From NCBI GenBank assembly GCA_046484625.1, contig JAWOIO010000127.1:3378-67377 (forward strand): DNA of 64,000 nucleotides, given 5' to 3'. The notes below the pieces were generated by a model that did not search any database, had not been told where the DNA came from, and saw nothing but the letters and a program-made list of their open reading frames with translations. A program made the translations under genes and the position numbers. This DNA is from Acidimicrobiia bacterium (GTDB lineage: Bacteria > Actinomycetota > Acidimicrobiia > IMCC26256 > PALSA-555). This document shows, in pieces, positions 27,332-35,559 of the stretch; the stretch's first letter is position 1; the number at the start of each line of letters is the position of its first letter.

Positions 27332-28591
27332 ATGGCACGGAGCGCCAGAGGTGTTCTCGCCCTCGCGGTGATCGCCGCCCTCGCCGTCGTCGGGGTCGTC
27401 CCCGTCGGCGCGAGTGTCGCCACGAAGAAGCCACCCGAGACCGAAGGGTTCGACGGCAAGACGATCAAGCTCGGCGTGATCACGCCGCTTACCGGCACGG
27501 TGAGCATCATCGGGAACCCGCTCACTGCCGGCAACCAGATGTGGTGGGACTACGTCAACGACGAGCTCGGTGGCGTCGCCGGCAAGTACAAGGTCGAGCT
27601 CGTCCAGGAGGACAGCGCGTACCAGCCGCCCCAGGCGATCCAGGCGTACGACAAGATCAAGGGCGATGTCGTGGCGTTCCAGCAGATCCTCGGGACCCAG
27701 ATCACCCAGGCCCTGCTGCCCAAGATGAAGATCGACGAGGTCGGTGGTTCTCCCGCGACGTTGGACGCGACCTGGGTCAAGAACCCGAACCTGTTCCCGA
27801 TCGCCGCCCCGTATCAGATCGAGGCGATCAACTCGCTCGACCTGTACTCCCGGACCGAGGGCAAGGGCAAGAAGGTCTGCGCGCTGGCGCAGGACGACGA
27901 GTTCGGTGAGGCGGGTCTCGAGGGCTTCAACTCGGCGAAGAAGTCGCTGAAGCTCAAGACCGGCCCGACCCCGCGCTTCCAGTCCGGTTCGGACCTGACC
28001 GCGCAGATCCAGGAGCTCGCCGACGCCCAGTGCGACGCGGTGCTCGTCGTCGCGACCGCCGTCGATGCCACCGCGATCATGACGAAGTCCGTGTCGTTGA
28101 ACTTCACGCCGCGGATGATCGCACTTGCCCCGTTCTGGCTCCCGCTGTTCGCAGGGAACCCCGCGCTCAGCGACTTCCTGACCAACAACCTGTGGGTCGC
28201 GAACGAGGCTGCCGCGGCGTGGGGTGACTCCTCGGTCCCCGGCATGGATGAGTTCATCGCCCGTCAGGAGCAGTACGCGCCGGACCAGGAGCCGGACCCG
28301 TACTTCGTGTTCGGGCACGGCCAGGGCCAGGCCCTGTACCAGATCCTCGAGAAGGCCGTGAAGAACGGCGACCTGTCCAAGGCCGGGATCCTCAAGGCGT
28401 CCAACCAGGTCGGGACGCTCGAGATCACCGGGACCGGCGACTACTTCTACGGCAAGAAGGCTGCCGACCGGAAGCCACCGCTCATCACCGCGACCTTCCA
28501 GGTCGACCCGGCCGCGCCGATCGGGCTCACGCTCGTCGAGCCGCCCGCGGCGTCGAAGGCCGCGTCGAAGTACAAGATTCCGGCCGGCTGA
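27332..28591 (+). CDS. ABC transporter substrate-binding protein (LivK / type I periplasmic binding fold)
   Basis: Signal-like N-terminus MARSARGVLALAVIAALAVVGVV, then KTIKLGVITPLTG. AAGGAGG RBS at 27318-27324. The track start at 27281 is less likely. Confidence 0.85.
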   Translation: MARSARGVLALAVIAALAVVGVVPVGASVATKKPPETEGFDGKTIKLGVITPLTGTVSIIGNPLTAGNQMWWDYVNDELGGVAGKYKVELVQEDSAYQPPQAIQAYDKIKGDVVAFQQILGTQITQALLPKMKIDEVGGSPATLDATWVKNPNLFPIAAPYQIEAINSLDLYSRTEGKGKKVCALAQDDEFGEAGLEGFNSAKKSLKLKTGPTPRFQSGSDLTAQIQELADAQCDAVLVVATAVDATAIMTKSVSLNFTPRMIALAPFWLPLFAGNPALSDFLTNNLWVANEAAAAWGDSSVPGMDEFIARQEQYAPDQEPDPYFVFGHGQGQALYQILEKAVKNGDLSKAGILKASNQVGTLEITGTGDYFYGKKAADRKPPLITATFQVDPAAPIGLTLVEPPAASKAASKYKIPAG

Positions 28592-28630
28592 GCCGAGACC
28601 GCCCGGTACGCCGGGACTGCACGCACGATC

Positions 28631-28661
28631 CCGAGGGGGGCGGCAATGCCGTCCCCCTCGG
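28631..28661 (+). terminator. GC-rich hairpin after the transporter operon
   Basis: CCGAGGGGG (28631-28639) pairs with CCCCCTCGG (28653-28661) around a 13-nt loop. No U-tract. Confidence 0.5.
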
Positions 28662-28707
28662 CGCGTCCGGGGCTCGCGTCCCGGACTGGGCGTCCTACCC
28701 TGAGCGG

Positions 28708-29304
28708 GTGACGACGGAGGCCGCGACGGCGCAGCGCGAGCGTGTGTTCGCCGGCGCGTACGAGTGCGTCCAGCGGTTCGGGCTCGGGAAGACGACCATC
28801 GAGGACGTCGCACGCGAGTCCGGAGTGAGCCGGGCGACGATCTACCGCCTCTTCCCCGGCGGCCGCGACCAGCTCCTGCGCGAGACCGTGGGATGGGAGA
28901 TGAACCACTTCTTCGCCCGGCTCGCGGATGCGGTCGACGACCTCCCCGACCTGGCGTCGCGCCTGGAGCTCGCGTTGGTGTTCGCGCGGCGGTCGGTGCT
29001 CGACCACGCGGTCTTCCAGAAGGTGCTGGTCACCGAACCCGAGGTGCTGCTGCCGCTGATGACGATCGAGCAGCACCGGGTCGTCCGCTGGATCACCGCG
29101 TACCTCGTGCCGCTGATCGAGGCCGAGCGATCCGCCGGTCGGCTCGAACCCGGGGTGGACGTGACCCTGGCCGCCGACCACCTGAGCCGGATGCTCCTCT
29201 CGCTGATCGGGAGCCCCGGTCGGTGGGACCTGGCCGACCCCGACGCCGTCCGTGCGCTCGTGCGCCGCGAGCTCCTCGGGGGCCTCCTCGTCGCCTCCGA
29301 CTGA
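28708..29304 (+). CDS. TetR family transcriptional regulator
   Basis: HTH region FGLGKTTIEDVARESGVSRATIYRLFPGGRDQLL. Confidence 0.9.
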   Translation: MTTEAATAQRERVFAGAYECVQRFGLGKTTIEDVARESGVSRATIYRLFPGGRDQLLRETVGWEMNHFFARLADAVDDLPDLASRLELALVFARRSVLDHAVFQKVLVTEPEVLLPLMTIEQHRVVRWITAYLVPLIEAERSAGRLEPGVDVTLAADHLSRMLLSLIGSPGRWDLADPDAVRALVRRELLGGLLVASD

Positions 29305-29442
29305 GCCGTCGCCCGGTTCGCCCGACCTCACCGGGAGGCGCGAGGTGCCAGCGGGGGTGGGCAGCGGCGGGATTGGGCAGCGCCGCCGAACTGCGTCATG
29401 ATTCGCCCAGTGGTCGCCACAACCGAACGGAAGGAGCCCACC

Positions 29443-29871
29443 ATGGGCATGTTCAAGGACATCAAGAAGCTCTCGGACCAGGGCAAGGAGATCAGCAAGG
29501 CGAGCGGTCGCCCCACCTCGATGCTGGGGATGATCAAGCAGATGCCGGCGGACATCCACAACGCCACCGAGATGGTCGGCGAGGTGCAGGCCGACATGGC
29601 CCTGCAGCAGAAGCTCCTCACCTCGGGGAAGCTCGGCACGGGCACGATCACGGCGATCCAGGACACCGGAACCCTTGTGAACTTCAACCCCCAGGTGATC
29701 GTCGACATGCAGGTCGCGGTCGAGGGCCAGGCGCCCTATGCGGTCCAGATCACGGCGTCGGTGCCCCAGATCCACATCCCGCTGATCCAGCCGGGTAACA
29801 CGATCGGCGTCCGGGTCGACCCCGACGATCCGGCCTCGGTCATCCTCGACTGGTCCCGACCGCAGGGCTGA
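29443..29871 (+). CDS. hypothetical protein (amphipathic N-terminus plus beta-rich C-terminal domain)
   Basis: ATG preceded by GGAAGGAG. MGMFKDIKKLSDQGKEISK...GTGTITAIQDTGTLVNFNPQVIVDMQVAVEG...PGNTIGVRVDPDDPASVILDW. High GC3. I recognise no family. Confidence 0.65.
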   Translation: MGMFKDIKKLSDQGKEISKASGRPTSMLGMIKQMPADIHNATEMVGEVQADMALQQKLLTSGKLGTGTITAIQDTGTLVNFNPQVIVDMQVAVEGQAPYAVQITASVPQIHIPLIQPGNTIGVRVDPDDPASVILDWSRPQG

Positions 29872-29926
29872 GCCAGCCGCTCGTCGCGTCCGGTGCGAGT
29901 TCCCGGATGCGGTCACCCGAATGTGA

Positions 29927-29973
29927 CCTGAGACACGTTGATGATGAGACGACCAGCGTCCTATTGTCTCAGG
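29927..29973. promoter_or_regulatory. 9-bp inverted repeat in a locally AT-richer stretch immediately upstream of the second TetR gene (candidate operator)
   Basis: CCTGAGACA (29927-29935) and TGTCTCAGG (29965-29973), ending 2 nt before ATG 29976. Confidence 0.4.
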
Positions 29974-29975
29974 CA

Positions 29976-30659
29976 ATGACTGCAGCGCTCGCGACCCGTC
30001 CCGAGGGTGGCCCCGAGTCGGCGCCCGCCGACGGCGTGGAGGCCCGGGCGATCGCCGCGACGCTCGCCTGTGTCGCGCGGCACGGGCTCACCAAGACCAC
30101 GATCGACGACATCGCCCGTGAGGCCGGCTGCTCGCGGGCGACGCTGTACCGGTACTTCGAGTCCAAGTCCGGCCTGGTCGATGCCTCGATCCGGGCCGAG
30201 GCGCACCGCATCGTCGGCCTGATCGAGGACGCCGCGCGGGACAGCGCCACGCTCGAGGACGCCGTGGTCGCGATCCTCGAGTGTGCGGGCCGCGAGCTCG
30301 GCGAGCACCCCGCACTCACCTTCGTGGCCGCCTTCGAGCCGGAGCGGTTGCTGCCGCACCTTGCGTTCGGCGGGGGAGACCGCTTCCTCGCCATCGCCGG
30401 CGGTGCGCTCGCACCCGCACTCGGCCGGTTCGTGCCCGACGACCCCGAGCGCGCCGGCGAGTGGATCGCTCGCATCGGCCTCTCGCTGTGGATGTCGCCG
30501 TCGGGAAGGGCATCGCTCGACACCGCCACCAAGCTGCGGGCCTACGTGCGGGACTTCATCCTGCCCGGGCTCGCGCCGATGCACGCAGACCTCGTCCTCT
30601 CGTCCTCATCCGCTCGGTCCTCATCCGCTCGGTTCTCATCCGGCCCGTCCAGGGGGTAA
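29976..30659 (+). CDS. TetR family transcriptional regulator
   Basis: HTH region HGLTKTTIDDIAREAGCSRATLYRYFESKSGL. The track start at 29907 runs through the AT-richer putative operator region, so ATG 29976 is preferred. Confidence 0.85.
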   Translation: MTAALATRPEGGPESAPADGVEARAIAATLACVARHGLTKTTIDDIAREAGCSRATLYRYFESKSGLVDASIRAEAHRIVGLIEDAARDSATLEDAVVAILECAGRELGEHPALTFVAAFEPERLLPHLAFGGGDRFLAIAGGALAPALGRFVPDDPERAGEWIARIGLSLWMSPSGRASLDTATKLRAYVRDFILPGLAPMHADLVLSSSSARSSSARFSSGPSRG

Positions 30660-30665
30660 CCCGTC

Positions 30666-31787
30666 ATGGCCATCTCCAACGAAGAGCTCCTCGGCCGCGT
30701 CGACGTCGACGACGTCGAAGCGATCCTGGCGATCTCGAACTCCGAGATCGACGCGGTCATGCACGCGGTGCCGTCGAGCGGTGACGCGGTCTTCACGTGG
30801 GACTACGAGCGGACGCGCGCGTCGCTGGAGAAGCTGTACGAGAAGGCGAAGACCTCGCAGTGGAACGCGAACGACCTCCCCTGGGACACCGATGTCGACC
30901 AGGAGAAGGTCGTCATGGAGAACCAGGCCGCGAACTCCTACCTCTACGACAACACCGACATGACCGACACGCCCTTCGCCAACTGGGGCGAGAAGGAGTG
31001 GCTCGAGTTCGGGGTCGAGTCACAGAACTGGACGCTGTCGCAGTTCATGCACGGCGAGCAGGGCGCGCTCATCTGCACCGCGCAGATCGTCGAGACCGTC
31101 CCGTGGATCGACGCCAAGTACTACGCCTCCACCCAGGTGATGGACGAGGCCCGCCACGTCGAGGTGTTCGCGAAGTACCTCGACACCAAGCTCTCCGGTC
31201 ACTACCCGATCAACGCGCACCTGCGGATGCTGCTCGACGACATCATCGGCGACACCCGATGGGACATGACCTACCTCGGGATGCAGATCATGGTGGAGGG
31301 CCTCGCGCTCGCGTCCTTCGGGTTCATGCACCAGATGACGACCGAACCCCTCCTCAAGCAGATGCTCCGCTACGTGATGAGCGACGAGGCCCGCCACGTC
31401 GCGTTCGGCGTGCTGTCACTGCAGGAGTACTACGAGCAGCTGTCGGCGTCGGAGATCCGCGAGCGCCAGGAGTTCGCGTACGAGGCTGCCGTGCGCATGC
31501 GCGACCGGTTCCTCCAGCAGGAGGTCTGGGAGCGGATGGGCGTCGACGTGAAGTCGGCGGTGAAGGGTGTGCTCGCCGCGCCGGACCGACCCATCTTCCA
31601 GGCGATGCTGTTCTCGAAGATCGTCCCCAACTGCCGCAAGCTCGGTCTGCTCGACGCCGCCGACGGCTGGCTGCGCGAGAAGTTCACCGATCTCGGTGTC
31701 ATCCAGTTCGAGCACATGGCCGACACCGGCGAGGAGTACGGCGAGTTCGACGAGGTCGCCAAGGACCGCGCCGTCGCCAACGCCTGA
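30666..31787 (+). CDS. ferritin-like diiron-carboxylate protein (R2 / AurF-like fold), function unknown
   Basis: 373 aa. Two E...DEARH pairs (HGEQGA...MDEARHVEVF and VEGLA...SDEARHVAFG) form a four-helix diiron ligand pattern. Begins 6 nt after the TetR stop. Confidence 0.8.
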   Translation: MAISNEELLGRVDVDDVEAILAISNSEIDAVMHAVPSSGDAVFTWDYERTRASLEKLYEKAKTSQWNANDLPWDTDVDQEKVVMENQAANSYLYDNTDMTDTPFANWGEKEWLEFGVESQNWTLSQFMHGEQGALICTAQIVETVPWIDAKYYASTQVMDEARHVEVFAKYLDTKLSGHYPINAHLRMLLDDIIGDTRWDMTYLGMQIMVEGLALASFGFMHQMTTEPLLKQMLRYVMSDEARHVAFGVLSLQEYYEQLSASEIRERQEFAYEAAVRMRDRFLQQEVWERMGVDVKSAVKGVLAAPDRPIFQAMLFSKIVPNCRKLGLLDAADGWLREKFTDLGVIQFEHMADTGEEYGEFDEVAKDRAVANA

Positions 31788-31798
31788 TCGCCCGGTCG

Positions 31799-31857
31799 CC
31801 AATGTTCTGGCGTCACTAATTGGCGTATATCGCCTGCTTCTGACGCAAGAACGTTGG
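31799..31857. terminator. AT-rich nested hairpin between convergent genes
   Basis: CCAATGTTCTGGCGTCA (31799-31815) pairs with TGACGCAAGAACGTTGG (31841-31857), 15 of 17 bp. Inner GGCG-TATAT-CGCC hairpin. This is the most AT-rich spot I noticed by eye. Confidence 0.5.
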
Positions 31858-31860
31858 AGG

Positions 31861-32877
31861 TCAGGCGTCCTGGAGCCGACGGGCGCGCTTGTCGGCGTAC
31901 ATCGCGGCGTCGGCCGTCGCGATCAGCGCTTCGAGGGTGACGGGGTTCGCGGGGTCGAACAGCGCCGCGCCCATGCTCACCTCGATGGGTGGGTCCTCGC
32001 GGTCACGACCTTCCCAGTTGAAGGCGAACCGCAGGCGATCGAGCAGCTCGGGCACCGAGGCGTGCGGCGTGTCGCTCGCGAGCACGCAGAACTCGTCGCC
32101 GCCGACGCGTGCGATGACGTCGGTGGTGCGCAACGTGTGGGTGAGCGTCCGCGCGAGCCGCTTGAGGAGCTCGTCGCCGGCCGCGTGACCGAGACGGTCG
32201 TTCACGACCTTCAGGTTGTCGAGGTCCAGGTAGACCAGCGCGGTGGGGCGGTCGAAGCGCACCGCCGATGCGAGCACGTGGGTACCCACGGCGAAGAGCC
32301 CGTTGCGATTGGCCAGGCCGGTGAGCTCGTCGAGGCCGGCCCGCTGACGTCCTTCGAGCTCCTCTTCCGCGGTCGCGGCCAGGTCGCGGAGCAGTCGTTC
32401 GTCCTCGGCGCCCAGGTAGCGGGGGTGGTGGTCGACGAGGCAGAGCGTGCCGACGCGCCGACCGTTCCCGACGAGCAGGGGACAGGCGGCGAAGAACCGG
32501 AACTTCGGGTGCGCGCTCACGAGCGGGTCGTCGGCGTACCGGGGGTCCGACGACAGGTCGTGGACGACGAACAGGTCGCCGTCGGAGAACGTCTTCTCGC
32601 AGAAGGAGAGCGCGCGTGGCGCCTGCGTCAGGTCGAGCCCGTGGCGCGACGCGAACCAGGAGCGGTCCCCGTCGAAGAGGGTGACCACGGCGATGTCGGT
32701 CGCGAACAGCCGCTGGGCGATGCGGGTGATGCGCTCGAAGCGCTCGGCGTCGGTCGCGTCCAGCGCGGCGAGCGGCGCGGCATCGGGTGTCGGCACCTCG
32801 ACCGTGGGAGCCGGTTCGGGCGCGACGGAACCCCCGGCGTCGTCCGGGCCTCCCGGGCCCTGGGCCACCCACTCCAC
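31861..32877 (-). CDS. GAF domain-containing diguanylate cyclase (GGDEF)
   Basis: C-terminal GGDEF domain (LTGLANRNG...YLDLDNLKVVNDRLGHAAGDELL...RVGGDEFCVL) preceded by a GAF-like region. GTG 32877 is chosen because the longer track ORF (to 33102) overlaps the RNase J gene. Start uncertain. Confidence 0.85.
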   Translation of the reverse strand: MEWVAQGPGGPDDAGGSVAPEPAPTVEVPTPDAAPLAALDATDAERFERITRIAQRLFATDIAVVTLFDGDRSWFASRHGLDLTQAPRALSFCEKTFSDGDLFVVHDLSSDPRYADDPLVSAHPKFRFFAACPLLVGNGRRVGTLCLVDHHPRYLGAEDERLLRDLAATAEEELEGRQRAGLDELTGLANRNGLFAVGTHVLASAVRFDRPTALVYLDLDNLKVVNDRLGHAAGDELLKRLARTLTHTLRTTDVIARVGGDEFCVLASDTPHASVPELLDRLRFAFNWEGRDREDPPIEVSMGAALFDPANPVTLEALIATADAAMYADKRARRLQDA

Positions 32878-32914
32878 ACCTGCGAAGGTAGCCCCACTGG
32901 CCAATCCAGGCACA

Positions 32915-34603
32915 ATGTCACGGGCAGTAACCTCGGGGCCGATGACTGCTCCCGTCCGGATCGTGTTCCTCGGGGGTCTGGGCGAGATCGGGCGGAACTG
33001 CTTCTGCCTCGAGGTCGAGGGCCGGATCGTGGTCGTGGACTGCGGGCTCATGTTCCCCGACGCCGACATGCCCGGGGTCGACCTCGTCCTGCCCGACTTC
33101 ACCTATCTCCGGGACCATGCCGACCAGGTCGACGGGATCGTGCTCACCCACGGCCACGAGGACCACGTCGGTGGCCTCGCCTACCTCCTGCGGGACGTCC
33201 CGGCGCCGATCTACGGCTCGCCGCTGTCGCTCGGGTTCGCCCGGAAGCGGCTCGAGGAGGCCCGGCTCATGGGCTCGACCGAGCTCGTCCCCGTCGAGGG
33301 CGGCGAGACCCACCGGATCGGGCCGATCGACGCGGAGTTCATCCCGGTCACCCACTCCGTGCCGCACGCCTTCGCGGTCGCGTACTCCACTCCCGTGGGC
33401 ACGATCCTGCACACCGGCGACTTCAAGATCGACCTCACACCGGTCGACGGACGCCGGACCGACCTCGCCCGCCTCGGCGAGCTCGGGCGGGCCGGGGTCC
33501 GGCTGCTGCTCTCGGACTCGACCAACGCCGAGCGACCGGGCCACACCGAGTCGGAGTCGCTCGTGGGGCCCTCGATCCGCGGGATCCTGCGTGACCATCC
33601 GGACCGGCGGTTCATCGTCGCGTCGTTCGCCTCGCACCTGCATCGGGTGCAGCAGGTTGCCGAGGAGGCCGTCGCCGCCGGCCGTCGGGTCGCGTTCCTC
33701 GGGCGGTCGATGGTCCACAACACCGCGCTCGCGCGCGAGATGGGGTTGCTGGATCTGCCCGTCGATCGCGTGATCGACATCGAGGACGCGGCGCGTTACG
33801 AACCCGGCGAGGTGTGCGTCATCTGCACGGGTTCGCAGGGCGAGCCGATGAGTGCGCTGTCGCTCATGGCCGCGCACGAGCACAAGCACGTGAAGATCAG
33901 CGCCGACGACGTCGTCGTGATCTCGGCGCACGCGATTCCCGGCAACGAGTCGAGCGTGGGGCGCGTCATCGACTCGCTGCACCGCGCGGGCGCCGAGGTG
34001 CTTCACGGCGGGGACGCGTCCGTGCACGTGTCGGGCCACGCATCGCAGGAAGAGCTGAAGTACATGCTCGACATCGTGCAGCCCGAGTGGTTCGTGCCCG
34101 TGCACGGCGAGTACCGGCACATGGTCCATCACATGCGCCTCGCGCTCCAGATGGGCGTTCCGGACGACCGGATCTTCGTCTGCGAGGACGGCGACGCCGT
34201 GACCCTCGACGAGAACGGTGCCGACGTCGAGCGCCGAGCGGTGCCCGCCGGCTACCAGTACGTCGACGGGAACAGCAGCGATGTGGGTCACGAGGTCCTG
34301 CGCGACCGGAGGACGTTGGCCGAGGAGGGCTTCGTCGTGGTGATCGTGACCGTCGATGCCGTCACCGGTGAGGTGGTCACGGGGCCCGAGATCGTGACCC
34401 GCGGCTGGATCCACGCCGACGAGGCGGAGGAGCTCCTCGACGACGCACGCGCCGCGGTCACGGCGTCGCTGGCCGAAGCGGCGGCCGAGGGCGCGACCGA
34501 CTTCGAGACGCTACGCCGCCACACCCGGCGCGCCGTGGGGCGTCTCATCAACCAGCGCACTCGGAGGCGGCCGGCGATCATCCCGGTCGTGATGGAAGTC
34601 TGA
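32915..34603 (+). CDS. rnj: ribonuclease J
   Basis: VRIVFLGGLGEIGRNCFCLE..., the metallo-beta-lactamase motif LTHGHEDHVGG, and a beta-CASP region. ATG 32942 is an alternative start. Confidence 0.95.
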   Translation: MSRAVTSGPMTAPVRIVFLGGLGEIGRNCFCLEVEGRIVVVDCGLMFPDADMPGVDLVLPDFTYLRDHADQVDGIVLTHGHEDHVGGLAYLLRDVPAPIYGSPLSLGFARKRLEEARLMGSTELVPVEGGETHRIGPIDAEFIPVTHSVPHAFAVAYSTPVGTILHTGDFKIDLTPVDGRRTDLARLGELGRAGVRLLLSDSTNAERPGHTESESLVGPSIRGILRDHPDRRFIVASFASHLHRVQQVAEEAVAAGRRVAFLGRSMVHNTALAREMGLLDLPVDRVIDIEDAARYEPGEVCVICTGSQGEPMSALSLMAAHEHKHVKISADDVVVISAHAIPGNESSVGRVIDSLHRAGAEVLHGGDASVHVSGHASQEELKYMLDIVQPEWFVPVHGEYRHMVHHMRLALQMGVPDDRIFVCEDGDAVTLDENGADVERRAVPAGYQYVDGNSSDVGHEVLRDRRTLAEEGFVVVIVTVDAVTGEVVTGPEIVTRGWIHADEAEELLDDARAAVTASLAEAAAEGATDFETLRRHTRRAVGRLINQRTRRRPAIIPVVMEV

Positions 34604-34613
34604 GGCGTCGCCA

Positions 34614-35402
34614 GTGATCCGCGACTGGTCGAACTTCATCGGCGGGCGGACGGCCGTCGTGACGGGCTCGGGTGCCGGCGTGGGCCGCGCGATCGCGATG
34701 CACATGGCACGCGCGGGTGCGGAGGTCTGGATCAACGACCTCGACCCCGGGCGCGCCGAGAGCGTCGTCGGCGAGATCGCCGGGGAGGGTGGGACCGCGT
34801 ACCCGGTGGTCGCCGACGTCTGCGACCCCGCGTCAGTGCGGGAGATGGTCGCCGCCACCGGCCCGGTCGACATCCTCGTGAACAACGCGGGGAGCGGTGT
34901 TCGGGCGTTCAGCGAGGGCCGGGCCCGCCTCGCCACGTTCGCCGAGGCCTCGCCGAGCGAGTGGGGGCCGGTGATGCGGGTGAACCTCACTGGGGTGCTC
35001 CACGTCACCCATTCCTACCTGCCCGAGATGATCGAGCAGCGGTGGGGCCGCATCCTGACGATCGTCTCCGATGCCGGCCGCAGGGGTGAGCGACTCCAGG
35101 TCGTCTACGGCGCGGCGAAGGCCGCGGCGATGGGGTTCTCGCGGGGCCTGGCTGCCGAGGTGGGCCGCGACGGCATCACCGTGAACTGCATCGCGCTCGG
35201 CTCGATGGCGCACGGAGCCCTGGCCGATGCCATCGACGCGGACCCCGGGTTCGAGGCCAAGCAGGCCCGGCCCTATCCCGTGGGTCGCCTCGGCCGGGTC
35301 GACGACCCGGCACCGCTCGCCGTCCTGCTGTGCAGCGACGCCGCGGAGTGGATCACCGGCCAGGTCTATCCCGTCGACGGAGGATACGTCCCCGCGCTCT
35401 GA
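34614..35402 (+). CDS. SDR family oxidoreductase (FabG-like)
   Basis: TGSGAGVGRAIA cofactor motif, NNAG, and the catalytic Y(GAA)K. Confidence 0.9.
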   Translation: MIRDWSNFIGGRTAVVTGSGAGVGRAIAMHMARAGAEVWINDLDPGRAESVVGEIAGEGGTAYPVVADVCDPASVREMVAATGPVDILVNNAGSGVRAFSEGRARLATFAEASPSEWGPVMRVNLTGVLHVTHSYLPEMIEQRWGRILTIVSDAGRRGERLQVVYGAAKAAAMGFSRGLAAEVGRDGITVNCIALGSMAHGALADAIDADPGFEAKQARPYPVGRLGRVDDPAPLAVLLCSDAAEWITGQVYPVDGGYVPAL

Positions 35403-35424
35403 GGTCGGCACGCTCCGCCCCCCA

Positions 35425-35479
35425 GGGCTTCTCGGCACGCTGGTTGTTGCCAGGCAACGCTGAACGTGCCGAGAAGCCC
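35425..35479 (+). repeat. palindromic extragenic element, copy A (terminator-like)
   Basis: GGGCTTCTCGGCACG...CGTGCCGAGAAGCCC forms a 15-bp outer stem around GTTGCCAGGCAACGCT. The core matches copy B at 38146-38206 in 37 of 47 positions. Confidence 0.75.
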
Positions 35480-35559
35480 GCGCGGTGCACGTGTGACGCC
35501 GTGCGGTGGGCGTGCAGGTATCCGACTGTGGCAGGTGTGGCCAGTGTTACCGTTGCCCG

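Noticed and set aside
32878-33102. The N-terminal 75-codon extension of the GGDEF ORF
   Set aside because: It overlaps the RNase J start and coding region on the opposite strand and is low-complexity Ser/Thr/Arg/Pro. The GAF domain begins well downstream, so an internal GTG (32877 or 32870) is more plausible. The exact start remains uncertain.
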